Below are positions 21,101 to 30,398 of a DNA stretch of 64,000 bases, piece by piece. Origin of the DNA: an uncultured Bacteroidales bacterium (lineage in GTDB: Bacteria > Bacteroidota > Bacteroidia > Bacteroidales > UBA10428). The stretch covers positions 197,029 through 261,028 of the forward strand of contig CAVVXI010000004.1 in the NCBI GenBank assembly GCA_963752195.1. The letters run 5' to 3'. The notes beneath the pieces were generated by a model. The model saw only the letters and a list, made by a program, of their open reading frames with translations. It was not told the DNA's origin and searched no databases. The translations under genes and the position numbers were made by a program. How positions within the stretch are numbered: position 1 is the first letter of the stretch; each line of letters starts with the position of its first letter.

Positions 21101-21223
21101 TTTGCCACTTCCAACAGGACCGAAAATGCCAAAAATATGCGATTCGGTAAGTTTTCTGAAATCAATGACTTGCTTTTCCTGGTATGAATACAGGCCCTGC
21201 AAGGTAAGCTGGATTGGAATCAT
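18140..21223 (-). CDS. sbcC: SbcC/Rad50-like exonuclease ATPase subunit
   Basis: 1027 aa. Walker A GPVGSGKS, long coiled coil with CPLCGS zinc hook, signature LSGGQTF and Walker B FFFLDEGFGSLD. Confidence 0.9.
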   Translation of the reverse strand: MIPIQLTLQGLYSYQEKQVIDFRKLTESHIFGIFGPVGSGKSAILEAISYALYGRTDRMNITGDDRYYNMMNLKSTEMLIEFIFTAGKQDTEYLTVVKSRRNSKQFNDVKATEHTAYKKSNNEWIPVEVSSLESIIGLSYKNFKRTIIIPQGKFQEFLQLGDTERTQMMRELFNLDKYELFYKVVSLESKNNQQVQNLEGQLQQLGEISVVQVEESERNLAGLKKEIEISQKEIALQQLQELELRKLRDLIKRIRETESVLEQLKNQQPDILNLEKLIRDYEYCQLNFKGLFESAVVITHKIRQFEKSIDEDDKALTRIGQELLACKQDFESVKIEFENREVYHRQAGELLKIAKLHELHELGRKLTENILHSEKISRETTEGIDKIKSLQEGLRENLRKWKLQYPDMSVLSEIREWYAIKHQLESIEKETEAELTSSRDEINELYKASTLLRKEEFFSEIPDDQDLSKTLELLENKKNGVHLLKDRLEKEIEHLSLQAHLEEYAANLEDGKPCPLCGSLSHPSPLNLENVKDALLLTRQKKLDCDRLLRDIELSQKKVKETETRIQAKKDVQEKLRQKQVEQNSRIKIHQDLFKWDVYKEENELRSAFASAEKIRLQMSDGEKQLDILMKQLEENQELRENNLRLIDEAKHQLTASDTEADTLKQQIELLKPADYVDRSLIEINLERVSLLKKYSESETNFQLINSRVANLQKNQDIISGRLQANKEALDRELKSLAALKDRINDQLVRSGFEALEEVQGILSGAQDVENEKKKVADFRQALAVATKQLSILKSETGEKSYNEEKHRQLVTAISDATNKLTKDNQQLGKLDGEIIKMKSDMLAYAEMKDRLATLLARGEDIKTLKQLFKASGFVNYISTVYLQELCHAANERFYKLTCQKLSLEVTDNNNFQVRDFLNGGKVRNVKTLSGGQTFQAALSLSLALADNIQKITESNQNFFFLDEGFGSLDKESLAIVFDTLKSLKKENRIVGVISHVEEMQQEIDNYLRIVMDEERGSLIRSEPYTA

Positions 21224-21238
21224 AATGACGAAATTATA

Positions 21239-22465
21239 TCAGTCCGGATTGTTTTCAGACAAAACTTCTTTTAACAGTTTCAGCAGGTTTTCATTGGGAT
21301 CCTGGCCTTTTGCATGTTTAAAGTATTCAACGAACAAATCTTCGATGCTTTTTGTGAGGTCGATGCGGTCGGACGGATCATTCTGCCATTCGTTCCTGTT
21401 TCTAACATCAGGAATAAGCATTACAATGCCTTCATGGGCGTTAAACAATCTTTTTCGCTCGGCTGCCGTAAGATATGTCTCCGTAGCCATAGTGAGCTCA
21501 ACCAGGCACTTGGGGTTTGCCGTAAGCCAGTCCACCGCTTCCTCTACGTTTTCAGCACGTTTTCGTAACAGGGGAAGACCTTTTGAGAGTTCGAATTCCC
21601 GGATGACAGCTTCCTTCCCCGGCAAAATTTCCGCGATAACCACAAATTTTTTCTGATCGGCTTCACTAAAGCTGTATGAAAGGGGACTGCCCGAATACAT
21701 CACAGGTCCGCCGGCGGAGCCGATTTTTTGTTTTCTGTGAAGATGCCCGAGAGCAGTGTATTGGATTTGCCCGGGTATATTTTCGGTATATATTACCTGT
21801 GCACCGCCAACATGTAAAATAGGCCTTTCCTCTTCCGGTTCTTCAGGATCCGGATCGCCTTTTTTCATTACAAGCAGATGGGTAAGCAAAATATTAATCC
21901 CCGCTGCATCACAATGCAAATCTGCAATTTGTTTCCATCTGGCTTCGAGCAGTTTTCTCAGTTCATCCTCGGAGTTGGTGCTGCCAAGGTATGTTCTCAG
22001 CCTGAATTCATTTGCATACGGCGTAAGAAGAATTCGCAGGGATTCCTGTATTCCCGGCACCGATACACGGATAAACCCTTCTTCCCCTTCAGATATGCTT
22101 AATCCGGTTTCAAGGGCAAACGGGGAGATGATTGAATTGGGATACCCGCTGAATATAATTCCGCATTCGCGTGCAAGAGGGTCAGGAGCTTCAATCCGCT
22201 CAGGAGAATCATGGTTTCCCGCTATAGCGATGACAGCGCGCTTGCCATTGGCAGAAAGGCGTTTCAATATTTTGTAAAAGAGTTCGACCGATTCGGTAGG
22301 CGGATTAAAGGTATCGAACAGGTCACCCGCTATAAGCACGGCATTTACCTTTTCCCTATCGGCGATTTCACATATTTCCTCCAGTACTTCCTTCTGTTCC
22401 GGATGCCGCGAAAAGTTGTTCAGGTATTTTCCCAAATGCCAGTCGGAAGTATGCAGTAGTTTCAT
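21239..22465 (-). CDS. sbcD: SbcD/Mre11-like nuclease subunit
   Basis: 408 aa; calcineurin-like phosphoesterase motifs (HTSDWHLG, GDLFD, GNHD); directly upstream of sbcC. Confidence 0.9.
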   Translation of the reverse strand: MKLLHTSDWHLGKYLNNFSRHPEQKEVLEEICEIADREKVNAVLIAGDLFDTFNPPTESVELFYKILKRLSANGKRAVIAIAGNHDSPERIEAPDPLARECGIIFSGYPNSIISPFALETGLSISEGEEGFIRVSVPGIQESLRILLTPYANEFRLRTYLGSTNSEDELRKLLEARWKQIADLHCDAAGINILLTHLLVMKKGDPDPEEPEEERPILHVGGAQVIYTENIPGQIQYTALGHLHRKQKIGSAGGPVMYSGSPLSYSFSEADQKKFVVIAEILPGKEAVIREFELSKGLPLLRKRAENVEEAVDWLTANPKCLVELTMATETYLTAAERKRLFNAHEGIVMLIPDVRNRNEWQNDPSDRIDLTKSIEDLFVEYFKHAKGQDPNENLLKLLKEVLSENNPD

Positions 22466-22508
22466 GGTTACGGTATGAATTCACAAATTTAGAAAATACC
22501 GGTCCAAA

Positions 22509-23939
22509 TCAGGCATGTACTTTTTGCAGAATTTCTTCCTTTGCAATTTTAATGATGGCAGATGCACTTTTATCAATATCTTCAGGAGTCGTTTTCCATG
22601 ATGAAATACTTATCCGCATGGCAGTCTGGTTTTGCCAGGTTGTTCCACCGCACCAGCAGGTACCATCATCCTGTATCTTTTTTATGACCCTGTTTGTGGT
22701 TTCCGTATTCCCGAACGACACCAGCACCTGGTTCAGAACCACATCATTCAGGATCTTAAAACCGGCACTTCTCAGCTTATCGGCAAAGACAGCTGCCAGG
22801 TCGCAGTTTCGGTTTATCATATCTGCCAGTCCCTTTCTGCCAAGCATTCGCAGGGCGGCCCAGACTTCCACACCGCGGGCACGCCTCGATAATTCGGGGA
22901 CATAAACAAACGGAACCCGGCTGCCTGTCTGCACCAGGTAGGAAGCATTCTGTGACATTGCAGCAGTTAAGGCTTTGGCATCTTTTACGAAAGCCAGGCC
23001 ACTGTCATAGGGAATATTCAGCCATTTATGCGCATCGGTCGCCCATGAATCGGCATTTTCAATGCCACGGGTCAAATGCCTTCTTTCCGCGGTCGCATTT
23101 GCCCACATGCCAAAAGCGCCATCCACGTGTACCCAGGCGTTTTTTTCATGAGCAATAGCGCATATTTCAGCGGCAGGATCAAACGCTCCCGTGTTAACAT
23201 TACCGGCCTGGATGCATATGATTGTGGGGTCCTGGACCGGAGGGATCAGATCGGCTCTCATCCGTCCCTGGTTATCACAGGGCACCCGTGTTACCCGCTT
23301 CATCCCCAGCCCGAGAAGACTGAGTGATTTGAGTAAACTAACGTGCGCTTCATCCCCGATTATGACATGGATGGGGGGGGCACCAAATAATCCGTCTTCT
23401 TCTACATTCCAGCCCTGTGCAGCCAGCAAGGAATGCCTCGCGGAAGCCAGCGCTGTGAAATTAGCCATGGTTGCACCCGTAACAAATCCTGCTTCAGTTT
23501 CTGGAGGCAGATGCAACAAAGAATTCAGCCATTTGCCGGATATTTTTTCGAGACATGCCGATATAGGGGAAGTAACCTCCAGTCCCGCATTCTGATCCCA
23601 GATGCCTGCCATCAGGTTTGCCCCGGTGGCAACGGGCAGGGATCCCCCGATCACAAATCCGAAATACCTACCTCCGGTGCTTGTAACCGTGGCAGGGGAT
23701 CCAATCGAATCCAGTTCTTCAAGTACCAGGTCAGATCCTATCGGATCATCCTGAAGATCAATGTTCAGACTTTCCAGATTTTTTAAGGCCTCTGCTGTCG
23801 GATATACCTTCCTTGAATTGGCATTTGCAGCGTAAGCCTTTGCTTTTTCAGAAAACAGATCAATGATCCGGATCAGTTCTTTATCATCGTATGCCTTGTT
23901 CATGAGCCCTGGTTTATGGTTGAAGGTCGGAAATACCAA
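22509..23939 (-). CDS. PLP-dependent amino-acid decarboxylase (group II fold)
   Basis: 476 aa; ...SWATDAHKWLNIPYDSG contains the PLP-lysine context. Substrate not assignable. Confidence 0.7.
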   Translation of the reverse strand: MVFPTFNHKPGLMNKAYDDKELIRIIDLFSEKAKAYAANANSRKVYPTAEALKNLESLNIDLQDDPIGSDLVLEELDSIGSPATVTSTGGRYFGFVIGGSLPVATGANLMAGIWDQNAGLEVTSPISACLEKISGKWLNSLLHLPPETEAGFVTGATMANFTALASARHSLLAAQGWNVEEDGLFGAPPIHVIIGDEAHVSLLKSLSLLGLGMKRVTRVPCDNQGRMRADLIPPVQDPTIICIQAGNVNTGAFDPAAEICAIAHEKNAWVHVDGAFGMWANATAERRHLTRGIENADSWATDAHKWLNIPYDSGLAFVKDAKALTAAMSQNASYLVQTGSRVPFVYVPELSRRARGVEVWAALRMLGRKGLADMINRNCDLAAVFADKLRSAGFKILNDVVLNQVLVSFGNTETTNRVIKKIQDDGTCWCGGTTWQNQTAMRISISSWKTTPEDIDKSASAIIKIAKEEILQKVHA

Positions 23940-24013
23940 ATTACGTTGAAGCGTTTAAACAGTTAAGATAGTAATTTGTTTTGCGACATCCTTCACCCAG
24001 GGAGGGCAGAGCG

Positions 24014-24286
24014 CTATGCTTTGGTTTTCCTGTTCCGTTCGATAAGATCGTTGATCTCATCATCGGTTAATTGATCAATTGACCGGCTGTCAGTTCCTTC
24101 CATTGCTTTTGGAGCGGGAATGATTGTATCCGATTCATACTCTTTTAACAATTCCAGAAGTCGTGATTCGTATTTTACATGTGAAAGCAACTGAACCTTA
24201 TACTTCTCGATCTCACTCCCAAGGGATTTATTTTCCTTCCTCAGCAGTTCTATCATCTTTTTTAAATCCTGCATTTCCTGCTTCAT
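24014..24286 (-). CDS. Hypothetical coiled-coil protein
   Basis: 90-aa charged ORF; no recognisable motif. Confidence 0.35.
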   Translation of the reverse strand: MKQEMQDLKKMIELLRKENKSLGSEIEKYKVQLLSHVKYESRLLELLKEYESDTIIPAPKAMEGTDSRSIDQLTDDEINDLIERNRKTKA

Positions 24287-24476
24287 CTTTCCTCGTTTTA
24301 TTCCATTGACACGCTTATACGCACAATTCCAAAAAGAAGATTCATTTTTTTGGCGTTTTTTTCAGGAAAGAACTTAATTATCCAACAATACAGGTTTACC
24401 CTTGTTACATATTGTATCGAATCTTTGAATAAGTCCCGCCGATCCTGTTTTCGATAAATCTTTAATAACGTTCACC

Positions 24477-24947
24477 ATGCAAATACACGATTACCTTGAG
24501 CTGGTCCTTAGCAGTGAACAGCAATTGGCAAAGGCCTTTTCAAAAGTAGCCCAACAGCATAAGGATGAGCCTGATATCTATTATATGAGCCTGATGCTGG
24601 CTTTATGGTCAATCGAGCATGCCAAAGATTTACAGCCTTTTAAGGGAAAATATGCTCAGAAAGCTACCAAAACAAAGGAGACGGAACGGCTAAACCCGAT
24701 TCTTTTTAAAGAACCACTTTATGAAAAGCGTGACCTTTTGCGGAACTTGCAGGATTTATGGCTTCAGACAAAAGAAATTGAGATCTGCTGGAACGTATTA
24801 TTACAGGCCGCAAAGACCCTGGGGGATGGGGAACTTGAAACAGCCTGCATTAGTATGGCAAAGGAAACAAAACGGCAATCCGATTGGCTTATTGCACGGG
24901 TAAACCAGGCTGCTCCAAATATTCTCGTTACTGTTCAAAAAGAATAG
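24477..24947 (+). CDS. Hypothetical protein
   Basis: 156-aa ORF, helical-looking; no motif recognised. Confidence 0.4.
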   Translation: MQIHDYLELVLSSEQQLAKAFSKVAQQHKDEPDIYYMSLMLALWSIEHAKDLQPFKGKYAQKATKTKETERLNPILFKEPLYEKRDLLRNLQDLWLQTKEIEICWNVLLQAAKTLGDGELETACISMAKETKRQSDWLIARVNQAAPNILVTVQKE

Positions 24948-24959
24948 GCTTTCTGTAAA

Positions 24960-27407
24960 TTAGTCATCCAGCCTTTTGAATGCTATGACTTTAGAATCTT
25001 TAAGATCAGTTATTTTATCCTTAATGCGAACCACTGGTACCGGACTTTTGTTGTTTGCAACTATTTCTGCCCAAACCAACTCGCCTTTTTTCCATTCCAT
25101 ACTAATTTCATAGCCGCCTCTTGCTTTCAAGCCGGATATTTTTCCTGTTTTTAACTCATCAGGTAACGCAGGCAAAAGATCTAACTCATCTGTGTGCGAC
25201 TGAACAAGCATTTCAGCAATACATCCCGGAACAGAAGCAGAGGCATCTAATTGGAAATGGCAATATAAATCCCCCTCTTTATAAAGGTCTTTACGTTCCC
25301 AATGATAATCTGCATGCTGAAAGGTGAGACAATTTTCAAATCCTTGCTCTGTAAGCATTTCTGTCAAAATTGCATTTGCCCGGTTACCATTCATTAATCT
25401 TGTCCAGCACCACATCCGGTGAGCCCGTGACCAATTACCCCCGGATGCTAATTCCTGCATCGGAAATCGTCCATCTCCCCTCATGTCCAGGGATTTTTTG
25501 GCCGCACTGGCAAGTTCCGGAGTTTCAACCGGATTTATCTGGTGTCCGGGACAAACTGCATATAAATGGGCTATATGCCTGTGATGACATTCCGGATTGT
25601 CAATATCTTCGTACCATTCCTGAAGCTGTCCATATTTGCCGATTTTTAACGGTAAGAGATTTTGCCTGATTTTCAAAAGAGAATCAGCAAAAATATTTTC
25701 ACCCAATATCCTTGCCGCATTGGCAGTATTGGTGAATAGGTCCCAGGCCATTTCAATATCCTGATATATTCCTGGCAGGCAATAATAGTATTTATTACTA
25801 ATTGAATCATGAAAGGCAGGATTCAGACCGTTCACTGTCATCAAGGCACCATGTTCAGCTGAAACGGATGGTGCCGAAATCAAATACCCTTTATACCTGA
25901 CCAGGTTTTCAAGCCAAAAAACAGATGCATCCCTCAGGAGTGGATAAGCCTGTTTTCGCAGATACAGGGTATCCTGCGTGAACGCAAACTGATCCCATAC
26001 AACCTGACAATGCCAGGCTGCCCCCATGGGATACATACCCCAGGGATGATCACCGATGGGTGCAGCATGACCCCAGATGTTTCCGGTTGTATGACTAACC
26101 CAGCCATTTGTGCCATATACACGCTTTGCCACTTCTTTACCCGATATGGACAGGTTATCTATCCAGTCAATATATGCCTGCTGACATTCCGCCAGATCAG
26201 TGGGACCACACGACCAATAAATTTCCTGAAGGTTTATATTGCTCTGATAATTTCCTGCCCAGGGCGCTACATTAAAAGTATTCCATACTCCCTGGAGATT
26301 AGCGGGCAGGGTATGAGGACGGGATGAACTGATAATCATGTATCTGCCAAGATTAAATGCGAGTGTTTTATAACCGGGGTCGGAATCACCTGATTTCAGT
26401 CTTTGGAAACGCTCGTTTGTTGGAAGCTTTTCAATTTTCTGATTGCCTTCTACTGAAAATTTAACCCGATCGTATAAGGATTTGTAATCCGACAGATGAC
26501 GAATTTTCAGGTTCTCATATTCACTTTTAATAGTATTTTGGATAATATCCCGGGTAATTTTTTCGGGTTGATCGCCTGTGTAATCCGGATATTTCATCTC
26601 ATAATCGGTAGCGACAGTCATGTAAAGCTCAACAGCATCAGAACCTCTTACAGTTAATGAATCTCCATCCTGTTCAACTGTTCCCCCATCGTTCCTTACA
26701 TATATTAACACGTTAAAGGGGCGATGATTTTCATTGATGAATCCTTTCACCTGATAGGTGTTCTCTGAAATTTCAATGACTGAAGAATCCTGTAAAATAT
26801 TCATACTCAAATTAAATGAAATCTTTTTAGAACTGTTCGCTGAAAATCTCATAGCCAGCACGCGGTCGGGATAGGAACAGAAATACTCTCTTTTATAAGT
26901 AGTCCCGTTTATTTCATATTGAACTGAACCCAAAGAATTTTCAAGGTCTAAAGTTCTCAGGTAATTAACCGGTTTGGAAATAGGATTCAGGAATTTGACA
27001 GAAAGATTTCCAACCGAAGTGAAATGTCCGAAAAGTTCTGAGGATCCAAATAAATTACTAGACACCAAACTATCAGCCACACGGGTTTCTCCGTTCAATA
27101 TTGATGTTCTGATCAACGGCATGGATCCCTTAGCTTTTGGGTTTACTCCTGCTTTTTCCCAATTGCCCTTTGCCGGGCCCCCCGTCCAAAAACTCTTTTC
27201 AGATATCGCAAAAACCTCTTCTTCAATCCCGCCAAAAAAGGAAGCTCCAAAATAACCGTTTCCCAGATGCAATGCCTGGCTATTCCAATATTTAGCGGGG
27301 TATCTGTACCATAACCGGTTATTATTATCCGGTACACTTTCCATTTCCACGCAGGAATAACAGAAGAGTCCTGTTAAAATTGCTGGAATTAACAACTTGA
27401 TCTTCAT
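24960..27407 (-). CDS. Glycoside hydrolase family 95-like (alpha-L-fucosidase-type)
   Basis: 815 aa; lipoprotein-like N-terminus (FCYSC); N-terminal LWYRYPAKYWNSQALHLGNGYFGASFFGG pattern typical of GH95. Confidence 0.75.
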   Translation of the reverse strand: MKIKLLIPAILTGLFCYSCVEMESVPDNNNRLWYRYPAKYWNSQALHLGNGYFGASFFGGIEEEVFAISEKSFWTGGPAKGNWEKAGVNPKAKGSMPLIRTSILNGETRVADSLVSSNLFGSSELFGHFTSVGNLSVKFLNPISKPVNYLRTLDLENSLGSVQYEINGTTYKREYFCSYPDRVLAMRFSANSSKKISFNLSMNILQDSSVIEISENTYQVKGFINENHRPFNVLIYVRNDGGTVEQDGDSLTVRGSDAVELYMTVATDYEMKYPDYTGDQPEKITRDIIQNTIKSEYENLKIRHLSDYKSLYDRVKFSVEGNQKIEKLPTNERFQRLKSGDSDPGYKTLAFNLGRYMIISSSRPHTLPANLQGVWNTFNVAPWAGNYQSNINLQEIYWSCGPTDLAECQQAYIDWIDNLSISGKEVAKRVYGTNGWVSHTTGNIWGHAAPIGDHPWGMYPMGAAWHCQVVWDQFAFTQDTLYLRKQAYPLLRDASVFWLENLVRYKGYLISAPSVSAEHGALMTVNGLNPAFHDSISNKYYYCLPGIYQDIEMAWDLFTNTANAARILGENIFADSLLKIRQNLLPLKIGKYGQLQEWYEDIDNPECHHRHIAHLYAVCPGHQINPVETPELASAAKKSLDMRGDGRFPMQELASGGNWSRAHRMWCWTRLMNGNRANAILTEMLTEQGFENCLTFQHADYHWERKDLYKEGDLYCHFQLDASASVPGCIAEMLVQSHTDELDLLPALPDELKTGKISGLKARGGYEISMEWKKGELVWAEIVANNKSPVPVVRIKDKITDLKDSKVIAFKRLDD

Positions 27408-27602
27408 GGCAATTGTGATTTTAATACAGCAATAATGAATTTACCCAATTTACAAAATAGTTCTGAAAAGTGATATTTTTCCTGCTGTTACGGGGGGGCT
27501 GGCCTTCTTATTATTGTTCCTTCAGCATTTTTTTCTAAAAAATGCATTGTATACAGCTGGCAATTTTCACAAAATAAGTAAATTGCATTCAACAAGGATT
27601 GA

Positions 27603-29528
27603 ATGATGAGAAAGCCATTATTGATAATAATTATAATCTTTTTCTCCCTGCACTTATCCGGGCAAATCAGGTTACCCCGTTTAATCAGCAACAATATGAT
27701 CTTACAGAGAGAATCCCCGGTTAATTTATGGGGATGGGCATCGCCCGGAGAAAAAATACTCCTGGATTTTAACAACACACACCTTGATGCTGTAACGGAT
27801 AGCCAGGGATCATGGAAAATATTATTACCCCCGATTGCAGCCGGCGGACCTTATGAAATGACCTTTACAGCCAGTAACCGGGTTGTAGTTAAGGATATCC
27901 TTTTTGGCGATGTATGGTTATGTTCAGGCCAGTCCAATATGGAATTTATGTTGAACAGGCTTGTGCCGTTATTTGATTCAGAATTGCCCGGGACAGACAA
28001 TCCGATGATTAGGGAATTCAAGGTGCCACAGAAATATAACTTTAAGGAAGCTCAAACTGATTTCCAGACAGGGGAATGGCAGCAAGCAACTCCCGAAAGC
28101 GTTCTGAAATTTTCAGCGGTGGCCTGGTATTTTGCTGATGAATTATTTAAAAAATATCATATTCCTGTAGGGATTATTAATGCGAGCCTCGGTGGATCTC
28201 CTGCCGAAGCCTGGATCAGCGAGGATATAATTAAAGAGTTTCCGGTGTATTATACAGAACTGCAAAAGTTTAAAAATGACTCTTTGATTGCCAGCATTGA
28301 AATGCAGGATAAAATAAGATCCGACGAATGGTATGCTGTGTTGAATGCGAACGACAAGGGAATTAAAGATTCGACAAATCCATGGTATAAAGGGAACATG
28401 AATACCGCTGACTGGATGAAAATGGATATTCCCGGTTATTGGGCTGCAGGACCGTTAGGGGAAATAAATGGCGTGGTATGGTTTAAAAAGGAAATAACAG
28501 TTCCGGCCTCCATGACGGGAAAACCGGCCCGACTGGTATTGGGACGCATTGTGGATGCGGATTATGCTTATATAAACGGTGTACAGGTTGGAACAACAGC
28601 ATACCAGTATCCGTCAAGGAAATATGTTGTGAATCCCGGTATTTTGCATGAAGGCCTGAATACATTGGTAGTGCGGGTAATCAGCAATAAAGGGAAAGGC
28701 GGATTTGTTGAGGACAAAACATATGAATTGATAACGAAGGATGAGCATATTGATCTAAAGGGTCCCTGGCAATACCGCCTGGGAGCTCGGATGGAGCCCC
28801 TTGAAGCCCAAACCTTCGTGCGGTGGAAACCGGCAGGATTATTCAATGCCATGATTTCACCGATGACAAATTACTCAATTAAAGGGGCAGTATGGTACCA
28901 GGGGGAATCAAATACCAGCCGGTACAATGAGTATACAAGACTGTTAAGTTCCCTCATCAGTGACTGGAGAAGCAGATGGAACCAGGGAAATTTCCCCTTT
29001 CTGATCGTACAGTTACCGAATTTCATGGAAGCAAAAGCTCAGCCGTCAGAAAGCGATTGGGCCCTTTTCAGAGAAGCCCAGGCGAAAGTTTTGTCCGTTT
29101 CAAATACGGGTTTGGTTGTGACCTATGACATTGGTGAATGGAATGACATTCATCCGCTGAACAAGAAAGAGGTGGGCAGGAGACTGTCTCTGGCAGCCCG
29201 GAAGGTTGCCTATGGCGATGACAAGGTAGTTTATTCAGGACCTGTTTGTAGTTCCTATAAAATTGAGGGAAACAAGGTAATTATCTCTTTTCAGAATATT
29301 GGAAGAGGGCTGGAAGCAAGGGGAGGGGATTTGAGATATTTTTCGGTTGCCGGGGCGGACGGTAAGTTTGTTTGGGCACAGGCAAAAATAGAGAATGAAC
29401 ATGTTGTAGTATGGAACAGGGAGACCCCGCATCCGGTTTCTGTAAGATATGCCTGGGCGGATAATCCCGAAGGAGCCAATCTCTATAATAAGGAAGGTTT
29501 ACCCGCCGTACCTTTTTGGATTTATTGA
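27603..29528 (+). CDS. Sialate O-acetylesterase-like carbohydrate esterase
   Basis: 641 aa; signal peptide; FGDVWLCSGQSNME and WYQGESN motifs. Confidence 0.75.
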   Translation: MMRKPLLIIIIIFFSLHLSGQIRLPRLISNNMILQRESPVNLWGWASPGEKILLDFNNTHLDAVTDSQGSWKILLPPIAAGGPYEMTFTASNRVVVKDILFGDVWLCSGQSNMEFMLNRLVPLFDSELPGTDNPMIREFKVPQKYNFKEAQTDFQTGEWQQATPESVLKFSAVAWYFADELFKKYHIPVGIINASLGGSPAEAWISEDIIKEFPVYYTELQKFKNDSLIASIEMQDKIRSDEWYAVLNANDKGIKDSTNPWYKGNMNTADWMKMDIPGYWAAGPLGEINGVVWFKKEITVPASMTGKPARLVLGRIVDADYAYINGVQVGTTAYQYPSRKYVVNPGILHEGLNTLVVRVISNKGKGGFVEDKTYELITKDEHIDLKGPWQYRLGARMEPLEAQTFVRWKPAGLFNAMISPMTNYSIKGAVWYQGESNTSRYNEYTRLLSSLISDWRSRWNQGNFPFLIVQLPNFMEAKAQPSESDWALFREAQAKVLSVSNTGLVVTYDIGEWNDIHPLNKKEVGRRLSLAARKVAYGDDKVVYSGPVCSSYKIEGNKVIISFQNIGRGLEARGGDLRYFSVAGADGKFVWAQAKIENEHVVVWNRETPHPVSVRYAWADNPEGANLYNKEGLPAVPFWIY

Positions 29529-29535
29529 CCCCCCC

Positions 29536-29675
29536 CCCGTTGGGCCAAGGCTCCGCCTTGGCCGAAAATACCCGTTGGGCCAAGGCTCCGCCTTGGTCGA
29601 AAATACCCGTTGGGCCAAGGCTCCGCCTTGGTCGAAAATACCCGTTGGGCCAAGGCTCCGCCTTGGCCGCAATAT
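29536..29675. repeat. Four tandem 35-bp units, each with a palindrome GGCCAAGGC-TCC-GCCTTGG(C/T)C, preceded by a C10 tract (29529-29538)
   Basis: Units start at 29536, 29571, 29606 and 29641 (read directly). Lies between convergent genes. Confidence 0.9.
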
Positions 29676-29702
29676 GGTTCCAGGCTCCGCCTGTTTAAGC
29701 GA

Positions 29703-30386
29703 TTATAATTTCAAAAATTCAATAATATCCTTTTTTCTTCCCTTAATTACCAGCCGCATTTCTTTACCGAGAACAAAATCATCATCAATATTTTCTGCTT
29801 CAAGGGCCGACCATTTGTCAAGCGACGGAGTGGAGAGTTTTTTATCCGGGTACTTCAAGGCAATTATTGATATATCCTCCATTTCCTCAGGTTCCAGTTC
29901 CGAAAATTTTCTGCCCTCATACTCCTCGGGAATGCTGACTTCGGCAATTTTCACATCGTCGGTTATGCTATAAATGCTCCATACGCCTTCCATGATGAGC
30001 TTTTCAGCAAAAACCACTGCAGTATCATATTCCGGGTTGATTGTATTTGAAACACCCAATGCATTTATAACAGTTTTATGGATCAGGGAACTTTCACGCC
30101 CATATAATTTCTGTACTCCAAGTTTTTTAAGCAGTGCAATCGTTTTTATTGATGATCCGAAATCATCGCCAATACATACCACAACATGATCGCAATCTTT
30201 TAAGGGCAGTGATTTTAGAGCATGAATATCGGTAATATCCATACTAACCGTATTCTTTATCGTATCCTTAAAAAACTCAACTTTTTCCATGTCCTTATCC
30301 ACACCAATTACATCGTGCCCCAGAGCCGTGAGCTTTTTTGCCAGGGATGCGCCGAAGTTTCCCAAACCAATGATTACAAAATTCAT
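29703..30386 (-). CDS. trkA: Trk/Ktr potassium uptake NAD-binding subunit
   Basis: 227 aa; Rossmann IIGLGNFGASLAKKL plus a TrkA-C-like C-terminus; adjacent to trkH. Confidence 0.85.
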   Translation of the reverse strand: MNFVIIGLGNFGASLAKKLTALGHDVIGVDKDMEKVEFFKDTIKNTVSMDITDIHALKSLPLKDCDHVVVCIGDDFGSSIKTIALLKKLGVQKLYGRESSLIHKTVINALGVSNTINPEYDTAVVFAEKLIMEGVWSIYSITDDVKIAEVSIPEEYEGRKFSELEPEEMEDISIIALKYPDKKLSTPSLDKWSALEAENIDDDFVLGKEMRLVIKGRKKDIIEFLKL

Positions 30387-30398
30387 GAAATTGATTTT

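Noticed and set aside
18140-22465. SbcCD as part of a defence system
   Set aside because: This is a canonical sbcD-sbcC pair with standard motifs and housekeeping neighbours. Nothing suggests a specialised (Lamassu- or Wadjet-like) variant.
23373-23380. G8 homopolymer inside the decarboxylase gene (also G7 at 27492-27498 and C10 at 29529-29538) as phase-variation switches
   Set aside because: The coding tract is in frame and encodes GAPP normally. The other two are intergenic with no obvious promoter spacing role. Tract lengths are at the low end for slippage switches. Noted only.
29536-29675. Possible CRISPR array (regular palindromic repeats)
   Set aside because: The 35-bp units are directly adjacent with no unique spacers. 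There are only 4 copies and no cas genes in the window. Treated as a palindromic tandem repeat instead.
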